Assembly: GCA_038106145.1 (NCBI GenBank)
Contig: JAYODD010000006.1
Location: 30,621 to 94,620, forward strand
Length of the DNA: 64,000 nt
Origin: Gammaproteobacteria bacterium
GTDB taxonomy: Bacteria; Pseudomonadota; Gammaproteobacteria; Pseudomonadales; Porticoccaceae
Reading direction: 5' to 3'
Made by a program: the position numbers and the translations under genes. Position 1 is the first letter of the stretch; each line of letters begins with the position of its first letter. Below the pieces are notes generated by a model. It did no database searches. It was not told where the DNA came from and saw nothing but the letters and a program-made list of their open reading frames with translations. This document shows positions 17,690 to 27,844 of the stretch, one piece after another.

Positions 17690-18448
17690 CTACAATGCTG
17701 GCCATATCCCGCCGGATACCGGAATCGTGACGCCGGTGATAAAACTCGATTCTTCACTACTTAAAAACAGGGCCGCGTTAGCGATATCCAGCGGTTCGCC
17801 GAGACGTTGCAGCAGACAGGCGCGCTGTATTTTTTCAATCGCCGCTTCTCCCACCGCCGCCAGCGCCATGGTTTTAATCGCCCCCGGCGCAATACAGTTG
17901 ACATTGATATGGGGCGCCAGTTCCAGGGCCAGACTACGGGTCAATGAAGTGACCGCCGCCTTGGCCGCAGAATAATCTGCGTGCCCCGAGGACCCCGCAA
18001 ACTCGATGGAGGAAATATTGACAATTTTTCCGTATTGTCGCTCCAGCATGTGCGGACCAATTTTACGCACCAGATAGAATATGCCTTTGAGATTCATGTC
18101 GAAGGTGTCATCCCAGCGCTTTTCGTCGATATCTACTAGCGGACGATAACTCGCTTCGCGCAAACCGCCGACGATATTGATCAGGATATCGATGTGGGCA
18201 AATTCATTTTTTGCCGACGCGAGCAACCCTTCAACCTCCTGCTCCACCAGCACGCTGGAGCGCAGCGCGTGCAGCTTCGCATTTTTTGCCAACAACGGCG
18301 TAATCTCGGCGACGCCCTGTTGCAGGCGGCTGCCGGAGATATCCGTCACAATCAGCGAAGCGCCCTCCTCGGCAAACCGCTTGGCGACACCGAGACCCAT
18401 CGGCCCCCCGGCACCGGTTACCAGCGCCACTTTATTCTTTAATCTCAT
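17690..18448 (-). CDS. SDR-family oxidoreductase
   Basis: 252 aa with the TGAGGPMG cofactor motif and a YSAAK catalytic motif. Confidence 0.9.
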   Translation of the reverse strand: MRLKNKVALVTGAGGPMGLGVAKRFAEEGASLIVTDISGSRLQQGVAEITPLLAKNAKLHALRSSVLVEQEVEGLLASAKNEFAHIDILINIVGGLREASYRPLVDIDEKRWDDTFDMNLKGIFYLVRKIGPHMLERQYGKIVNISSIEFAGSSGHADYSAAKAAVTSLTRSLALELAPHINVNCIAPGAIKTMALAAVGEAAIEKIQRACLLQRLGEPLDIANAALFLSSEESSFITGVTIPVSGGIWPAL

Positions 18449-18489
18449 ATTGTCTTCATCCAGATCATTGCTTAATAACTACCCGGATC

Positions 18490-18518
18490 ATTATGTTACC
18501 GACTAGTAACATTTGCAA
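18490..18518 (-). promoter_or_regulatory. candidate sigma-70 promoter TTGCAA-N17-CATAAT with an inverted repeat (ATGTTAC-N6-GTAACAT) filling the spacer
   Basis: The minus strand reads TTGCAA atgttactagtcggtaa CATAAT. The 7-bp perfect inverted repeat lies at 18493-18512, about 50 nt upstream of the SDR start codon. Confidence 0.4.
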
Positions 18519-18537
18519 GAAAGTCCGCAGACACCCG

Positions 18538-18580
18538 AAAAAAACCGCGCTCACCGCTGATTATCGTGTGCGCGATAATC
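18538..18580 (-). terminator. candidate terminator after the zinc-ribbon gene: hairpin GATTATCG-N6-CGATAATC and a GC stem followed by T7
   Basis: The minus strand reads GATTATCGcgcacaCGATAATCagcggtgaGCGCGGTTTTTTT. The geometry is not canonical, because the perfect hairpin sits 16 nt from the T-run. Confidence 0.35.
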
Positions 18581-18693
18581 CAACGAGGAAAAAAGTATCG
18601 GGAAACAACACCATTTGCAGAGTAAGAATCGGAGACAAACGCCTCCCATCAAGGCCGTGCTTACCCCAGGGCTGGCAACCGGGAAACGGGATG

Positions 18694-18915
18694 CTACGCC
18701 GTCAGTTTTTTATAGATAGCAAACAGCAGCAGAACCCATAGTGCAATACACAACCACAGGGTATACGCGGGTTTTACCCCCGCGGTGGGGTCCGCGTCGC
18801 CACCGGTGATACGGTGAATATTAGCGGCGCCGCAAGCGGGGCAGTTTCCCCGCGGAAAACGTTTACCCTGATAACTGCACGCCAGACAACGGTATATTTT
18901 TATATGCCCTGTCAT
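18694..18915 (-). CDS. hypothetical small membrane protein with an N-terminal zinc-ribbon (CxxC..CxxC)
   Basis: 73 aa: MTGHIKIYRCLACSYQGKRFPRGNCPACGAANIH.. followed by one TM (YTLWLCIALWVLLLFAIY). It lies downstream of recJ. Confidence 0.5.
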   Translation of the reverse strand: MTGHIKIYRCLACSYQGKRFPRGNCPACGAANIHRITGGDADPTAGVKPAYTLWLCIALWVLLLFAIYKKLTA

Positions 18916-19020
18916 AGATAGTCCAGTGGCCTACGACGCTTCTGACTATTTAGATTCGCCGCAGCTCAAAAAGCCACCCTGCTGCTCTCGCCGTGGCGTT
19001 AATCCGTAAAAGATACGCTT

Positions 19021-20799
19021 TTATTCCGGCAGTAAATGTTCAACTATCACCTGCAACGATTCGGCACCGCGATAAAAATTAATATCGAGACGATACACCA
19101 TTTTCACTCGCTCCGGTAACTGACCCGACCAGTCTTGATCCACCGCATTAAACGCGATTGCATCCAGGATTAGTGTCGAAGCCGAATCTGCTACGTTATC
19201 GCCGCGCTGCAACACCATTTTCAGATGTTTCTCGCCCACCACTTTGTGTTGCAGTACGCGAAACGTACCGTGAAAGCTCGGCTGCGGAAACTGCTGTCCC
19301 CAGGGTCCACCGTCGCGCAGCTGCCGGGCAACGTCGAGGCTGAAGTCACCCTCGGTTAACTCCCCGTCGGTAACCAGTTCCACCGCGAGATCTTCCGGCG
19401 CCAGTTGCCGGCGAGCCTGATCGTCAAATGCGCGTACAAAAACCTCATAATGAGTTCGCGGCAGGGACAGCCCCGCCGCCATGGCATGCCCGCCAAATTT
19501 ACTCACCAGACCGGGGTGTTTGCTGGCCACCGCCTCCAGAGCGTCGCGAATATGGAAACCGGATATGGAGCGAGCCGAGCCTTTTAACTCCCCGTCACCG
19601 GCATCGGCAAAGGCAATTACCGGGCGATGCAGTCGTTCTTTCACGCGGGAGGCTAACAACCCGACGACCCCCTGGTGCCAACTGTCGTCATACAGACACA
19701 GCCCCCAGGGTAGCTGCTGATCAGACAGATCGAGTTCGGAGAGAATCGCCAACGCCTCCCGCTGCATGGTCGTTTCAATGGCGCGTCGATCCCGATTCAG
19801 TTCGTCGAGCTGTACCGCCAACGCGCGGGCCCGGTAAGGATCGTCGCTCAGCAGGCATTCGATACCGATCGCCATATCCTGCAGACGCCCGGCGGCGTTC
19901 AGGCGCGGACCCACCGCAAAACCCAAATCCGCTGCAACAATGCGTTCGCGCTCCCGCCCCGCCAACTCCAACAGAACGCCCACGCCGGGGCGCGCCAGCC
20001 CGGCGCGAATACGCTGCAGCCCCTGGTGCACCAGAATACGGTTGATTTTATCGAGCGGCACCATATCCGCCACCGTCCCCAGCGCCACCAAATCCAGCCA
20101 TGTCGCCATACTGGGTTCGTCGATGCCGCGCTGCGCAAACCAGTTTTGTTCCCGCAGCGCCCCACGCAGGGCGCTGAGCACATAAAAAATGACCCCAACG
20201 CCGGCCAGATTTTTGCCGGGAAATGCACACTCCGACTGGTTGGGATTCACTATGGCAGCCGCCGCAGGAATGTCGCGACCGGGTAAATGGTGGTCGGTAA
20301 TCAACACGTTAATGCCCGCCTCCTGCGCGGCCGCTACCCCGGCGACGCTGGAAATTCCGTTGTCCACGGTGATAATTAAATCGGGGCTGCGCCGGATCGC
20401 CAGGGTCACGATTTCCGGCGTCAATCCGTAGCCGTATGCAAAGCGGTTGGGCACCAGATAGTCCACACGCTCGCAACCCATGGCCTTTAATGCCAGCACT
20501 GCAAGGGCCGTGCTGGTGGCGCCATCCGCGTCAAAATCGCCAACGATCAATATGGATTGATCCCGATGCAGGGCGGCAACCAGCAGTTCAACCGCCGCGG
20601 AAACGCCGTGCAACAAATCTGGCGGGGGCAACCCCGCGAGGCCCAGGGCTAGCTGCTGCGAGTCGTGGACACCTCGAGCGCGATAAATTCGCTGCAGTAA
20701 AGGAGTGGTCTGGGTGGAAAAGGCGGGGGCCTGCGCGTTTTCGCTGGGGGTGACCTGGCGGACGCGTATGCTGGGATGGAACTCTCCCATGCTGTGCAC
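19021..20799 (-). CDS. recJ: single-stranded-DNA-specific exonuclease RecJ
   Basis: 592 aa with DHH motifs (ILIVGDFDADGATSTA, ITVDNG, LITDHH) and a DHHA1 region (GGHAMAAG). Confidence 0.95.
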   Translation of the reverse strand: MHSMGEFHPSIRVRQVTPSENAQAPAFSTQTTPLLQRIYRARGVHDSQQLALGLAGLPPPDLLHGVSAAVELLVAALHRDQSILIVGDFDADGATSTALAVLALKAMGCERVDYLVPNRFAYGYGLTPEIVTLAIRRSPDLIITVDNGISSVAGVAAAQEAGINVLITDHHLPGRDIPAAAAIVNPNQSECAFPGKNLAGVGVIFYVLSALRGALREQNWFAQRGIDEPSMATWLDLVALGTVADMVPLDKINRILVHQGLQRIRAGLARPGVGVLLELAGRERERIVAADLGFAVGPRLNAAGRLQDMAIGIECLLSDDPYRARALAVQLDELNRDRRAIETTMQREALAILSELDLSDQQLPWGLCLYDDSWHQGVVGLLASRVKERLHRPVIAFADAGDGELKGSARSISGFHIRDALEAVASKHPGLVSKFGGHAMAAGLSLPRTHYEVFVRAFDDQARRQLAPEDLAVELVTDGELTEGDFSLDVARQLRDGGPWGQQFPQPSFHGTFRVLQHKVVGEKHLKMVLQRGDNVADSASTLILDAIAFNAVDQDWSGQLPERVKMVYRLDINFYRGAESLQVIVEHLLPE

Positions 20800-20801
20800 C
20801 C

Positions 20802-22199
20802 CTAAGCGGTAAGATGACTCGCGATAAAACCCTGAACCTGCGCAATTTCGTCGGGCAATACTTCGAATTGTTCGGCGCGGGTAAACAGGTCCGCCATATG
20901 GTGGGGCAAGGGCGGGTTTTGCGGGTAGCCCGCCTGCCGCACCGCCTCTGGAAATTTCGCTGGATGGGCGGTGGCGAGACAGATCAGCGGCGTGTCATGA
21001 TCGCGCCGGCAGTGACGACCGGCAGCCAGACCGATTGCCGTGTGCGGGTCGAGCAGATAGTCGCTGGTTTCGTACTCGGCGCGGATGGTGGCGACGGTTT
21101 GCTGATCGTCCAGTCGGTGGCTGGAAAATAGCGTCCGCGCCTGGGTTAACGCGCCGGTATCGAGGGGCGCGCTGCCATTGGCAAATTGCGCCATCAGGGC
21201 TTTGATGGCCGCCCCGTTGCGCCCATACAAATCAAACAGCAACCGTTCGAAGTTGCTGGAGATCATAATATCCATACTGGGCGACAAACTGTGAATAAGG
21301 GGCTTTTTACTGAGGTCATTGCCGCTGATACAACGGTGCAGGATGTCATTGGCGTTGGTGCCGATAATTAATTGCTGCACCGGCAGGCCCATCTGGCTGG
21401 CCAGATAACCGGCGAAAATATCTCCAAAGTTACCCGTGGGGACCGCAAAGGACACCGGGCGGTGCGGCGCGCCTACTGCTAGCGCGGCCCAGAAATAATA
21501 GACGATCTGGGCCATGATCCGCGCCCAGTTAATGGAGTTGACGGCAACCAGCTGACGACCCGGGGGCAAAAAAGACTGGTCGGCAAAACTGGCCTTGACC
21601 ATATTCTGGCAGTCGTCAAAGTTGCCCTGCAGGGCAATATTGTGCACATTGCCGTCGGCCACGGTGGTCATTTGTCGGCGTTGCACCTCCGACACCCGCT
21701 GGTGGGGATGCAAAATGAAAATATCGATATTTTCACAGCGGCGGCAACCTTCGATCGCCGCGGAACCGGTGTCACCGGAAGTTGCTCCCATCACCACTAC
21801 TTTCTGACCACGCCGGGCCAGCAGGTAATCGAGCAGATGCCCGAGAAACTGCAATGCGAAATCCTTAAACGCCAGGGTCGGTCCGTGGAACAGTTCCAGA
21901 ATCCACTCGTTGTGACCGCTTTGCACCAGGGGCGCTATCGCCCGATGGCGAAAAGTGCTGTAGCTGGCATCAATAATACGGTGCAGATCCCGATCTGGAA
22001 TGGCTCCCGCCACGAAGGGGGACATCACGTTGAAGGCCAACTCCGTGTAGGGCAAACCGACCCAACTGGCAATTTCGTCGCTGTTGAAACGCGGCAAATG
22101 TTCCGGGACAAACAGACCGCCATCCGGCGCCATACCCGTCAGGACAACCTCTTCAAAGGACAATGCGGGAGCAGTACCGCGGGTGCTGATATATTTCAC
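20802..22199 (-). CDS. thrC: threonine synthase
   Basis: 465 aa. MKYISTRG.. with the PLP-lysine region HGPTLAFKDFALQ. It lies downstream of hom. Confidence 0.95.
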   Translation of the reverse strand: MKYISTRGTAPALSFEEVVLTGMAPDGGLFVPEHLPRFNSDEIASWVGLPYTELAFNVMSPFVAGAIPDRDLHRIIDASYSTFRHRAIAPLVQSGHNEWILELFHGPTLAFKDFALQFLGHLLDYLLARRGQKVVVMGATSGDTGSAAIEGCRRCENIDIFILHPHQRVSEVQRRQMTTVADGNVHNIALQGNFDDCQNMVKASFADQSFLPPGRQLVAVNSINWARIMAQIVYYFWAALAVGAPHRPVSFAVPTGNFGDIFAGYLASQMGLPVQQLIIGTNANDILHRCISGNDLSKKPLIHSLSPSMDIMISSNFERLLFDLYGRNGAAIKALMAQFANGSAPLDTGALTQARTLFSSHRLDDQQTVATIRAEYETSDYLLDPHTAIGLAAGRHCRRDHDTPLICLATAHPAKFPEAVRQAGYPQNPPLPHHMADLFTRAEQFEVLPDEIAQVQGFIASHLTA

Positions 22200-22287
22200 T
22201 GTGAACTATTCTTCGTCAATAAAAGATCCCACCATAAAGATCTGGCGGGGCTGAGGCGCTATTTTAGCCGTAAACATCGGCAAAGTT

Positions 22288-23595
22288 TTACCCGTTGAGG
22301 GACTCGACCCGCAGGTGGGTGACCTCCCCGAGCACCGTATCGAGGGCCTCCATAGCGGTAACCGCGTCCAGAATGTCCTGCTCCCGCGCCCGATTGGTGA
22401 GCATAATCAGCGGTACGTGGTCCTCATCGGGCAGTGGTTGTTTCTGAATAATGGCCTCGATGCTGATACTGCGACTACTGACGATTTGCGCCAACCTGGA
22501 TAGCACGCCCGGTCGATCAAGAACTGATAACCGCAAATAATAGGCGGTTTCGATGGCGGTGATATCGAGGACCGGGTAATCGCTCACCGCGCCCGGGGCG
22601 AAGCCAAGATGCGGCACCCTGCTGGCGGGCGCGCACTGCAAGCCCCGCGCGACATCGACAATATCGGCAATCACCGCGGACGCCGTGGCCTCGGCACCGG
22701 CGCCAGCCCCGTAATACAGGGTGGGCCCCACCGCGTCCCCTTTGACCAGAATGGCATTCATCACGCCGCCAACCTGCGCCAGCAAACGATCCTCCGGCAC
22801 CAGCGTGGGATGCACGCGCAATTCGATGCCGTCCTGAGCACGTCGCGCTATCCCGAGGTGTTTAATGCGATAACCCAGTTCCTCGGCGTAGGCCACGTCC
22901 TCGGGCAAAATGGTACTGATACCCTCGGTGTAAACAGCATCAAAACGCAAAGGCATGCCAAAAGCGATGGCGGAGAGAATCACCAGCTTGTGGGCGGCAT
23001 CGATACCCTCCACGTCGAAGGTGGGGTCGGCTTCGGCATAACCGCGCCGCTGCGCTTCCGCCAGAGCATCGCCGAAACTACGATTTTTATCGCGCATCTG
23101 GCTCAAAATAAAGTTGCCGGTGCCGTTGATAATACCCGCCAACCACTGCACCCGATTTGCCACCAGGCCTTCGCGCAACGCTTTAATAATGGGAATACCA
23201 CCAGCAACCGCGGCCTCAAAGGCGACCGTGACGCCGCGCGCCTCGGCAGCGGCAAAAATTTCGTTGCCGTGTTCGGCAATTAGCGCCTTGTTCGCCGTTA
23301 CCACCTGTTTACCGTTTTCGATCGCCCGTAGTACCAGTTCGCGGGCTACGTCGGTGCCGCCGATTAACTCCACCACAATATCGATTTCGGGATTGTTCGC
23401 CACCGCGAAAATATCCCGCGAGATGGCCACGCGTCCTGTATCGCAGGCGGCATTATCGCGACGGGCACCAATCTGCGTAAGAGCGATGTTACAGCCCGCC
23501 CGCGCGGCGATATCGCCAGCGTTGCGAGTTAATACTTTAATGGTGCCGGAAGCGACCGTACCCAGGCCGCACACCCCGACTTTGACCGTCTGCAC
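22288..23595 (-). CDS. hom: homoserine dehydrogenase
   Basis: The start is set at the GTG at 23595 (VQTVKVGVCGLGTVASG, GAGGGG SD). The longest ORF extends to 23658 and would overlap dsbC. A C-terminal ACT-like region is present. Confidence 0.92.
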   Translation of the reverse strand: MQTVKVGVCGLGTVASGTIKVLTRNAGDIAARAGCNIALTQIGARRDNAACDTGRVAISRDIFAVANNPEIDIVVELIGGTDVARELVLRAIENGKQVVTANKALIAEHGNEIFAAAEARGVTVAFEAAVAGGIPIIKALREGLVANRVQWLAGIINGTGNFILSQMRDKNRSFGDALAEAQRRGYAEADPTFDVEGIDAAHKLVILSAIAFGMPLRFDAVYTEGISTILPEDVAYAEELGYRIKHLGIARRAQDGIELRVHPTLVPEDRLLAQVGGVMNAILVKGDAVGPTLYYGAGAGAEATASAVIADIVDVARGLQCAPASRVPHLGFAPGAVSDYPVLDITAIETAYYLRLSVLDRPGVLSRLAQIVSSRSISIEAIIQKQPLPDEDHVPLIMLTNRAREQDILDAVTAMEALDTVLGEVTHLRVESLNG

Positions 23596-23654
23596 GGAAT
23601 ACCCCTCAAGGCTGAATCGAAAGACGGCAACCTTAATTGCGCGCCCTGTTACTG

Positions 23655-24446
23655 TCAATGCGGCGCGCGGTTATCTCCCGGGTTCAAACCCAGAATTTGC
23701 GCCAGCACATTGGCGGGGCGATATCCGGGCAGCAACGTGCCATCCATCAGCACAATCGCAGGGGTGCCATTGACGCCCGCCTGCTGGCCGAGTTGAAATT
23801 GTTCCGCTACCGGATTGTTCGCGCATACGTCGATGGGGACAGCTTCGCCATTTTTAAGTCGGGTCAGTGTCTCCTGCGGATTTTTTGCGCACCAGGCCGT
23901 GGCTATTTTTCGATAGGATTCAGAATCCGGTCCCGCCCGCGGAAACGCCAGGTAGCGCACTTCTATACCCAGGCTATTCAGCTGCGGAACTTCCTGGTGA
24001 AGTTTGCGGCAGAACCCGCAATCAACATCTGTAAACACGTTGATCACCGCGCGGGTTTCCCCGGTTGGAGAAAAAATGATCATGCTATTCCGCGGAATTG
24101 CCGCCATCATTTCCTTGCGCGGCTTGACCAGAGCAGCGTCGCGCACGTCGAGAAACGCGCCGGGCCGCACCGCGTAGAGATTGCCATCAAAAAAATACTC
24201 GCCGTCGTTCACAACATACAACATCGGCCCACCAACAATTTGTACCTGATAAATACCCGGAAGGGGGCTGGGGGTCACATCGCTGTATTCGAGATCGGGA
24301 CGCGCCTGTTGCAAGCGCACAATAATTTGCCGCGCCCGGGCTGCATCAATATCGGCAGCTTCCCCTTGCGCTCCAGCGGCGGGCGCCGCACTCAACGCAC
24401 CGCCAAGAACAAGGGCCACGCAGGCAGCGAGAACAGGTTTTAACAT
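23655..24446 (-). CDS. dsbC: thiol:disulfide interchange protein DsbC
   Basis: 263 aa with a signal peptide and a CGFC active site in FTDVDCGFCRKLH. Confidence 0.9.
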   Translation of the reverse strand: MLKPVLAACVALVLGGALSAAPAAGAQGEAADIDAARARQIIVRLQQARPDLEYSDVTPSPLPGIYQVQIVGGPMLYVVNDGEYFFDGNLYAVRPGAFLDVRDAALVKPRKEMMAAIPRNSMIIFSPTGETRAVINVFTDVDCGFCRKLHQEVPQLNSLGIEVRYLAFPRAGPDSESYRKIATAWCAKNPQETLTRLKNGEAVPIDVCANNPVAEQFQLGQQAGVNGTPAIVLMDGTLLPGYRPANVLAQILGLNPGDNRAPH

Positions 24447-24501
24447 GGCGTACTCCAGTAAAAGTAAACGTTTGAACCCGGGGATTCAACGCGGTTCCGC
24501 G

Positions 24502-25401
24502 CTAACCGCGCGGGTGATGTTGTGCGTGTAATGATTTCATGCGACTGCGCGCCACGTGGGTATAAATCTGCGTGGTGGACAAATCCGTATGTCCGAGCAA
24601 CAGTTGCACAACCCGTAAATCCGCACCGTGATCCAGTAAATGGGTTGCAAAGGCATGGCGCAGGGTGTGGGGAGACAACGGCTTGTCGATCTGGGCCAGC
24701 CGCGCCCAGTGTTTGACGCGATGCCAGAAGGTCTGGCGGGTCATGCCCTGTCCACGCTGACTGAGAAAAACCCGTTCGCTTTCCCGCGCGCCTGACAACT
24801 CGACTCGAGCACTGGCGAGATAGCGCTCGAGCCAGACCAACGCCTCCTCCCCCACTGGCACCAGCCGCTCCTTGCCACCCTTGCCAAACACCCGTATCAC
24901 ACCCTGGCGTCGGTTCAATTGCGCCAGGGTCAAATCCACCAGCTCTGTCACCCGTAACCCGGTGGCGTAGAGCAGCTCCAGCATGGTCTTGTCCCGCAAA
25001 CCCAGGGCGGATTCGACATTCGGCGCCAGCAACAAACGTTCCACGTCGCCTTCACTGAGGGTTTTGGGCAGGGGTCGCCCCAAGCGCGGATTGCGCACCA
25101 ATGCGGTGGGGTCCCGGTTAATGCGTTTGTGCCGTAACCCGTACTTGTAAAAACCCCTCAGGCAGGAGAGTGCGCGGGAGATTGAGCGCGAACTTATGTG
25201 GCGCCGCGCGCAATCGGCGAGGTAACTCTGCAACAGCACCTCATCGGCGGTTAACAGGTCGCTGCCCTGGGCCGCCAGCCAGCGTGCAAAAGCGCCGAGA
25301 TCGCGCCGATAGGACGCCAGGCTGTTGGCGCTCAACCCCTTTTCCATCCACAGCGCATCCAGATAATTCTCAATCAGCAATTGTTCGGGAAAGCTATCCA
25401 T
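24502..25401 (-). CDS. xerD: site-specific tyrosine recombinase XerD
   Basis: 299 aa with C-terminal catalytic residues (..HTLRHAFATHLL..GHTDLSTTQIYTH). It sits in the conserved xerD-dsbC-hom context. Confidence 0.92.
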   Translation of the reverse strand: MDSFPEQLLIENYLDALWMEKGLSANSLASYRRDLGAFARWLAAQGSDLLTADEVLLQSYLADCARRHISSRSISRALSCLRGFYKYGLRHKRINRDPTALVRNPRLGRPLPKTLSEGDVERLLLAPNVESALGLRDKTMLELLYATGLRVTELVDLTLAQLNRRQGVIRVFGKGGKERLVPVGEEALVWLERYLASARVELSGARESERVFLSQRGQGMTRQTFWHRVKHWARLAQIDKPLSPHTLRHAFATHLLDHGADLRVVQLLLGHTDLSTTQIYTHVARSRMKSLHAQHHPRG

Positions 25402-25462
25402 GGCGCTACTGTAAACGATTCTGCCACCGCGCGCTGCATATCACTGGAACACCGGGCGGCAT

Positions 25463-25490
25463 AAAAAAAGGCGGCCGTAGCCGCCTTTTT
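25463..25490 (-). terminator. Rho-independent terminator after rplS (symmetrical A-run / T-run)
   Basis: AAAAAAA GGCGGC cgta GCCGCC TTTTT, about 60 nt downstream of the rplS stop. Confidence 0.85.
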
Positions 25491-25548
25491 GTCTGTGGTG
25501 TCGGTCTCGCGCCAATGTCGCGCCCACCCCACCGCCGCACTTGTTCTA

Positions 25549-25902
25549 TCAGACCAGCTTTTCCTTGATGCGCGCCGCGCGTCCGGACAGCTCCCGCAGA
25601 TAGTACAATTTGGCCTGGCGGACATCGCCACGGCGCTTCAATTCAACACTTTCCACTTGCGGGCTATAGGTCTGAAAGGTGCGCTCGACGCCAATCCCGT
25701 TGGAAATTTTGCGCACGGTGAATGCGGAATTAAGGCCGCGGTTGCGAATGCCGATAACAATCCCCTCATAGGCCTGCAGACGTTCCCGGGTGCCTTCAGT
25801 CACTTTCACCTGTACTACAACGGTGTCCCCTGGACTAAACTCGGGCAGGGTTTTACCCATTTGCTCCGCTTCCAGTTCAGCGATAATTTTGTTCTTGCTC
25901 AT
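25549..25902 (-). CDS. rplS: 50S ribosomal protein L19
   Basis: 117 aa. [39 protein letters not shown]. Confidence 0.97.
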   Translation of the reverse strand: MSKNKIIAELEAEQMGKTLPEFSPGDTVVVQVKVTEGTRERLQAYEGIVIGIRNRGLNSAFTVRKISNGIGVERTFQTYSPQVESVELKRRGDVRQAKLYYLRELSGRAARIKEKLV

Positions 25903-25944
25903 AACTTGCTCCTGAATACCTAAAAATACCTTGCGTTAGTAATA

Positions 25945-26799
25945 CTACATTTTTTCTGTCTCATCGCCAGCGTCGGTCCGGGCGGTGCCTGTAGAACCTG
26001 CCATGTCCGCAACCCCGTTGCGATATTCGTCGAGTAACTCCTGTTGTTCCCGGTCCAGGGATACCGCGGCCAGCATCTCGGGGCGGCGTTCCCAGGTTCG
26101 CCCCAGCGCCTGTTGCAACCGCCAGCGGCGAATCCTTTCGTGGTCGCCGGAGAGCAGCACTTCCGGAACCCGGTGACCCGCGTAATTTTCCGGGCGCGTG
26201 TAATGCGGACAGTCCAGCAGGCCATTGACGAAAGAATCCTGCTGCGCCGATTGTTCGTCGCCAAGCACCCCCGGTAAACCGCGGATAACCGCATCCAGCA
26301 ATACCATTGCCGGCAGTTCACCGCCGCTGAGCACATAGTCCCCAATGGACCACTCTTCGTCGATCTCCAGCGCCAGCAAACGCTCGTCTATTCCTTCGTA
26401 GCGTCCCGCTACCAACACCAGATGACCGGGAAACTGACGCAGTTCCTCGACCCCCTGATGATCCAGTACCCGTCCCTGGGGGGACAGGTAGACCACTTTC
26501 ACTACACTGCCGCCGGTTGCTCCACCGTCGGTGCTTTTAGCCCAGGCCCGCGCCGCGGCGATCGCCTGTCGTAGCGGCTCGATCAGCATCACCATGCCCG
26601 GCCCGCCGCCATAGGGGCGATGATCCACCGTCTGGTGCCGATCCCTGGTAAAATCCCGCGGATTAAAAAAAGCGATGTTTACCCGACCTTCGCTTACCGC
26701 TCTCCCGGTCACACCGTATGCGGTGATCGCGCGAAACATCTCTGGAAACAGCGTCACTACACCCACATGTACCGTTGAACCCGGCGCCAGCTCTCCCAT
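25945..26799 (-). CDS. trmD: tRNA (guanine37-N1)-methyltransferase TrmD
   Basis: ..[35 protein letters not shown]... The start is taken at the ATG 4 nt after the rimM stop. An alternative GTG start lies at 26766. Confidence 0.93.
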   Translation of the reverse strand: MGELAPGSTVHVGVVTLFPEMFRAITAYGVTGRAVSEGRVNIAFFNPRDFTRDRHQTVDHRPYGGGPGMVMLIEPLRQAIAAARAWAKSTDGGATGGSVVKVVYLSPQGRVLDHQGVEELRQFPGHLVLVAGRYEGIDERLLALEIDEEWSIGDYVLSGGELPAMVLLDAVIRGLPGVLGDEQSAQQDSFVNGLLDCPHYTRPENYAGHRVPEVLLSGDHERIRRWRLQQALGRTWERRPEMLAAVSLDREQQELLDEYRNGVADMAGSTGTARTDAGDETEKM

Positions 26800-26803
26800 G
26801 CCG

Positions 26804-27340
26804 CTAAAACGCCGGATCCCATGCAACAATCATTTCACCACCATCCAGGTCCGTGTGTATCACGTACTGATCCACATAGGGAATCAGTCTTTCCCGGCGA
26901 TCACAGCTGGTGGCGTCGCCGCGCACCAGCAGAACGTCGTTGGCACCGGTTTCCATAAAGCCAACCACTTTGCCGAGCCGCACCCTGGTTTCACCGAACT
27001 CGCTGTACACCGTAAGCCCCAGCAGTTCACTCCAGTAAAACTCGCCCGGCGACAACGTAGAGAACTGAGATCGGGAGACCAGAATGTCCTGCTGACAGAT
27101 TTCCTGAGCCCGATCGCGGTCATCGATACCAGCAATACGAGCCACCAGGCCTCGTCCCTGGCGGCGCCGCTCGACAATTTCCAGCGCCTGCCAGCCACTT
27201 CGGGTTCGAATCCACCACGGCTGGTAGTCAAAAATATTTTCCTGTGGGGCTGTGGCAGAGTGAATCTTTACCCAACCCCTGATACCGTACACGCCAGCAA
27301 TACGTCCCACCGCCACCGCATCGACAGGGAACGCAGGCAT
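26804..27340 (-). CDS. rimM: ribosome maturation factor RimM
   Basis: 178 aa. ..[16 protein letters not shown].. It sits in the rpsP-rimM-trmD-rplS operon order. Confidence 0.93.
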   Translation of the reverse strand: MPAFPVDAVAVGRIAGVYGIRGWVKIHSATAPQENIFDYQPWWIRTRSGWQALEIVERRRQGRGLVARIAGIDDRDRAQEICQQDILVSRSQFSTLSPGEFYWSELLGLTVYSEFGETRVRLGKVVGFMETGANDVLLVRGDATSCDRRERLIPYVDQYVIHTDLDGGEMIVAWDPAF

Positions 27341-27373
27341 ATCAACTCACCACCCGCTGAGTATCCGAGCGGG

Positions 27374-27625
27374 TCAGGCGGACTGCCGACTCGCTTCCTT
27401 CACCAGCCGGGACACGCGATCGGAAGTGGTAGCACCCTGCCCGATCCAGTAATTGACCCGCTCCAAATCAATCCGCAGGCGCTCTTCCTGGCCGCGCGCA
27501 ACCGGGTTAAAAAACCCCAACCGCTCGATAAAACGGCTATCGCGGGCCTTGCGGCTATCAGTGACTGTCAGGTGATAGAACGGGCGTTTTTTGGAGCCGC
27601 CGCGAGCCAGACGAATCGTTACCAT
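27374..27625 (-). CDS. rpsP: 30S ribosomal protein S16
   Basis: 83 aa. [25 protein letters not shown]. Confidence 0.97.
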   Translation of the reverse strand: MVTIRLARGGSKKRPFYHLTVTDSRKARDSRFIERLGFFNPVARGQEERLRIDLERVNYWIGQGATTSDRVSRLVKEASRQSA

Positions 27626-27844
27626 GTAATCTCTCTTCCTGTCGTTAGTGGAACCTAGCGTTGAGTCAGTCCGGCGCCGCCGGCGTGAATTCGCCGCCAG
27701 TCAGGCCCTATTCGGGACCCATCTGTCGGGTTCCGGGGCAAAGTCACCACCGAAGACCCCTGAAAGGCGCAGCATTTTACGGCAAAGCCCGACCAAATAA
27801 AACTAGTACGCACGAGAAAAATCAAATGCTTATGAAGCCGCCAT

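Noticed and set aside
18493-18741. 82-aa plus-strand ORF in the SDR / zinc-ribbon intergenic region
   Set aside because: Its composition is Arg/Lys-rich and low-complexity, it overlaps the zinc-ribbon gene antisense, and it begins inside the palindrome. The region is better explained as promoter, operator and terminator DNA.
23637-24443. 268-aa plus-strand ORF
   Set aside because: It is antisense to dsbC, which has a signal peptide and a CGFC active site. It is a shadow ORF.
24502-25401. Tyrosine recombinase as a possible marker of an integrated element
   Set aside because: The sequence and context (xerD-dsbC-hom-thrC) are those of the housekeeping chromosome-dimer resolvase XerD. There are no flanking repeats, tRNA target or phage/ICE genes.
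27203-27213. GGTTCGAATCC, a tRNA T-loop-like motif
   Set aside because: The flanking bases cannot form a 5-bp T-stem (only 2 pairs form), and no acceptor or anticodon arms are evident. The motif lies inside the rimM coding region on the antisense strand.
26675-27658. 327-aa plus-strand ORF
   Set aside because: It is antisense to trmD, rimM and rpsP, all of which are unmistakable, and the translation shows no recognisable motifs.
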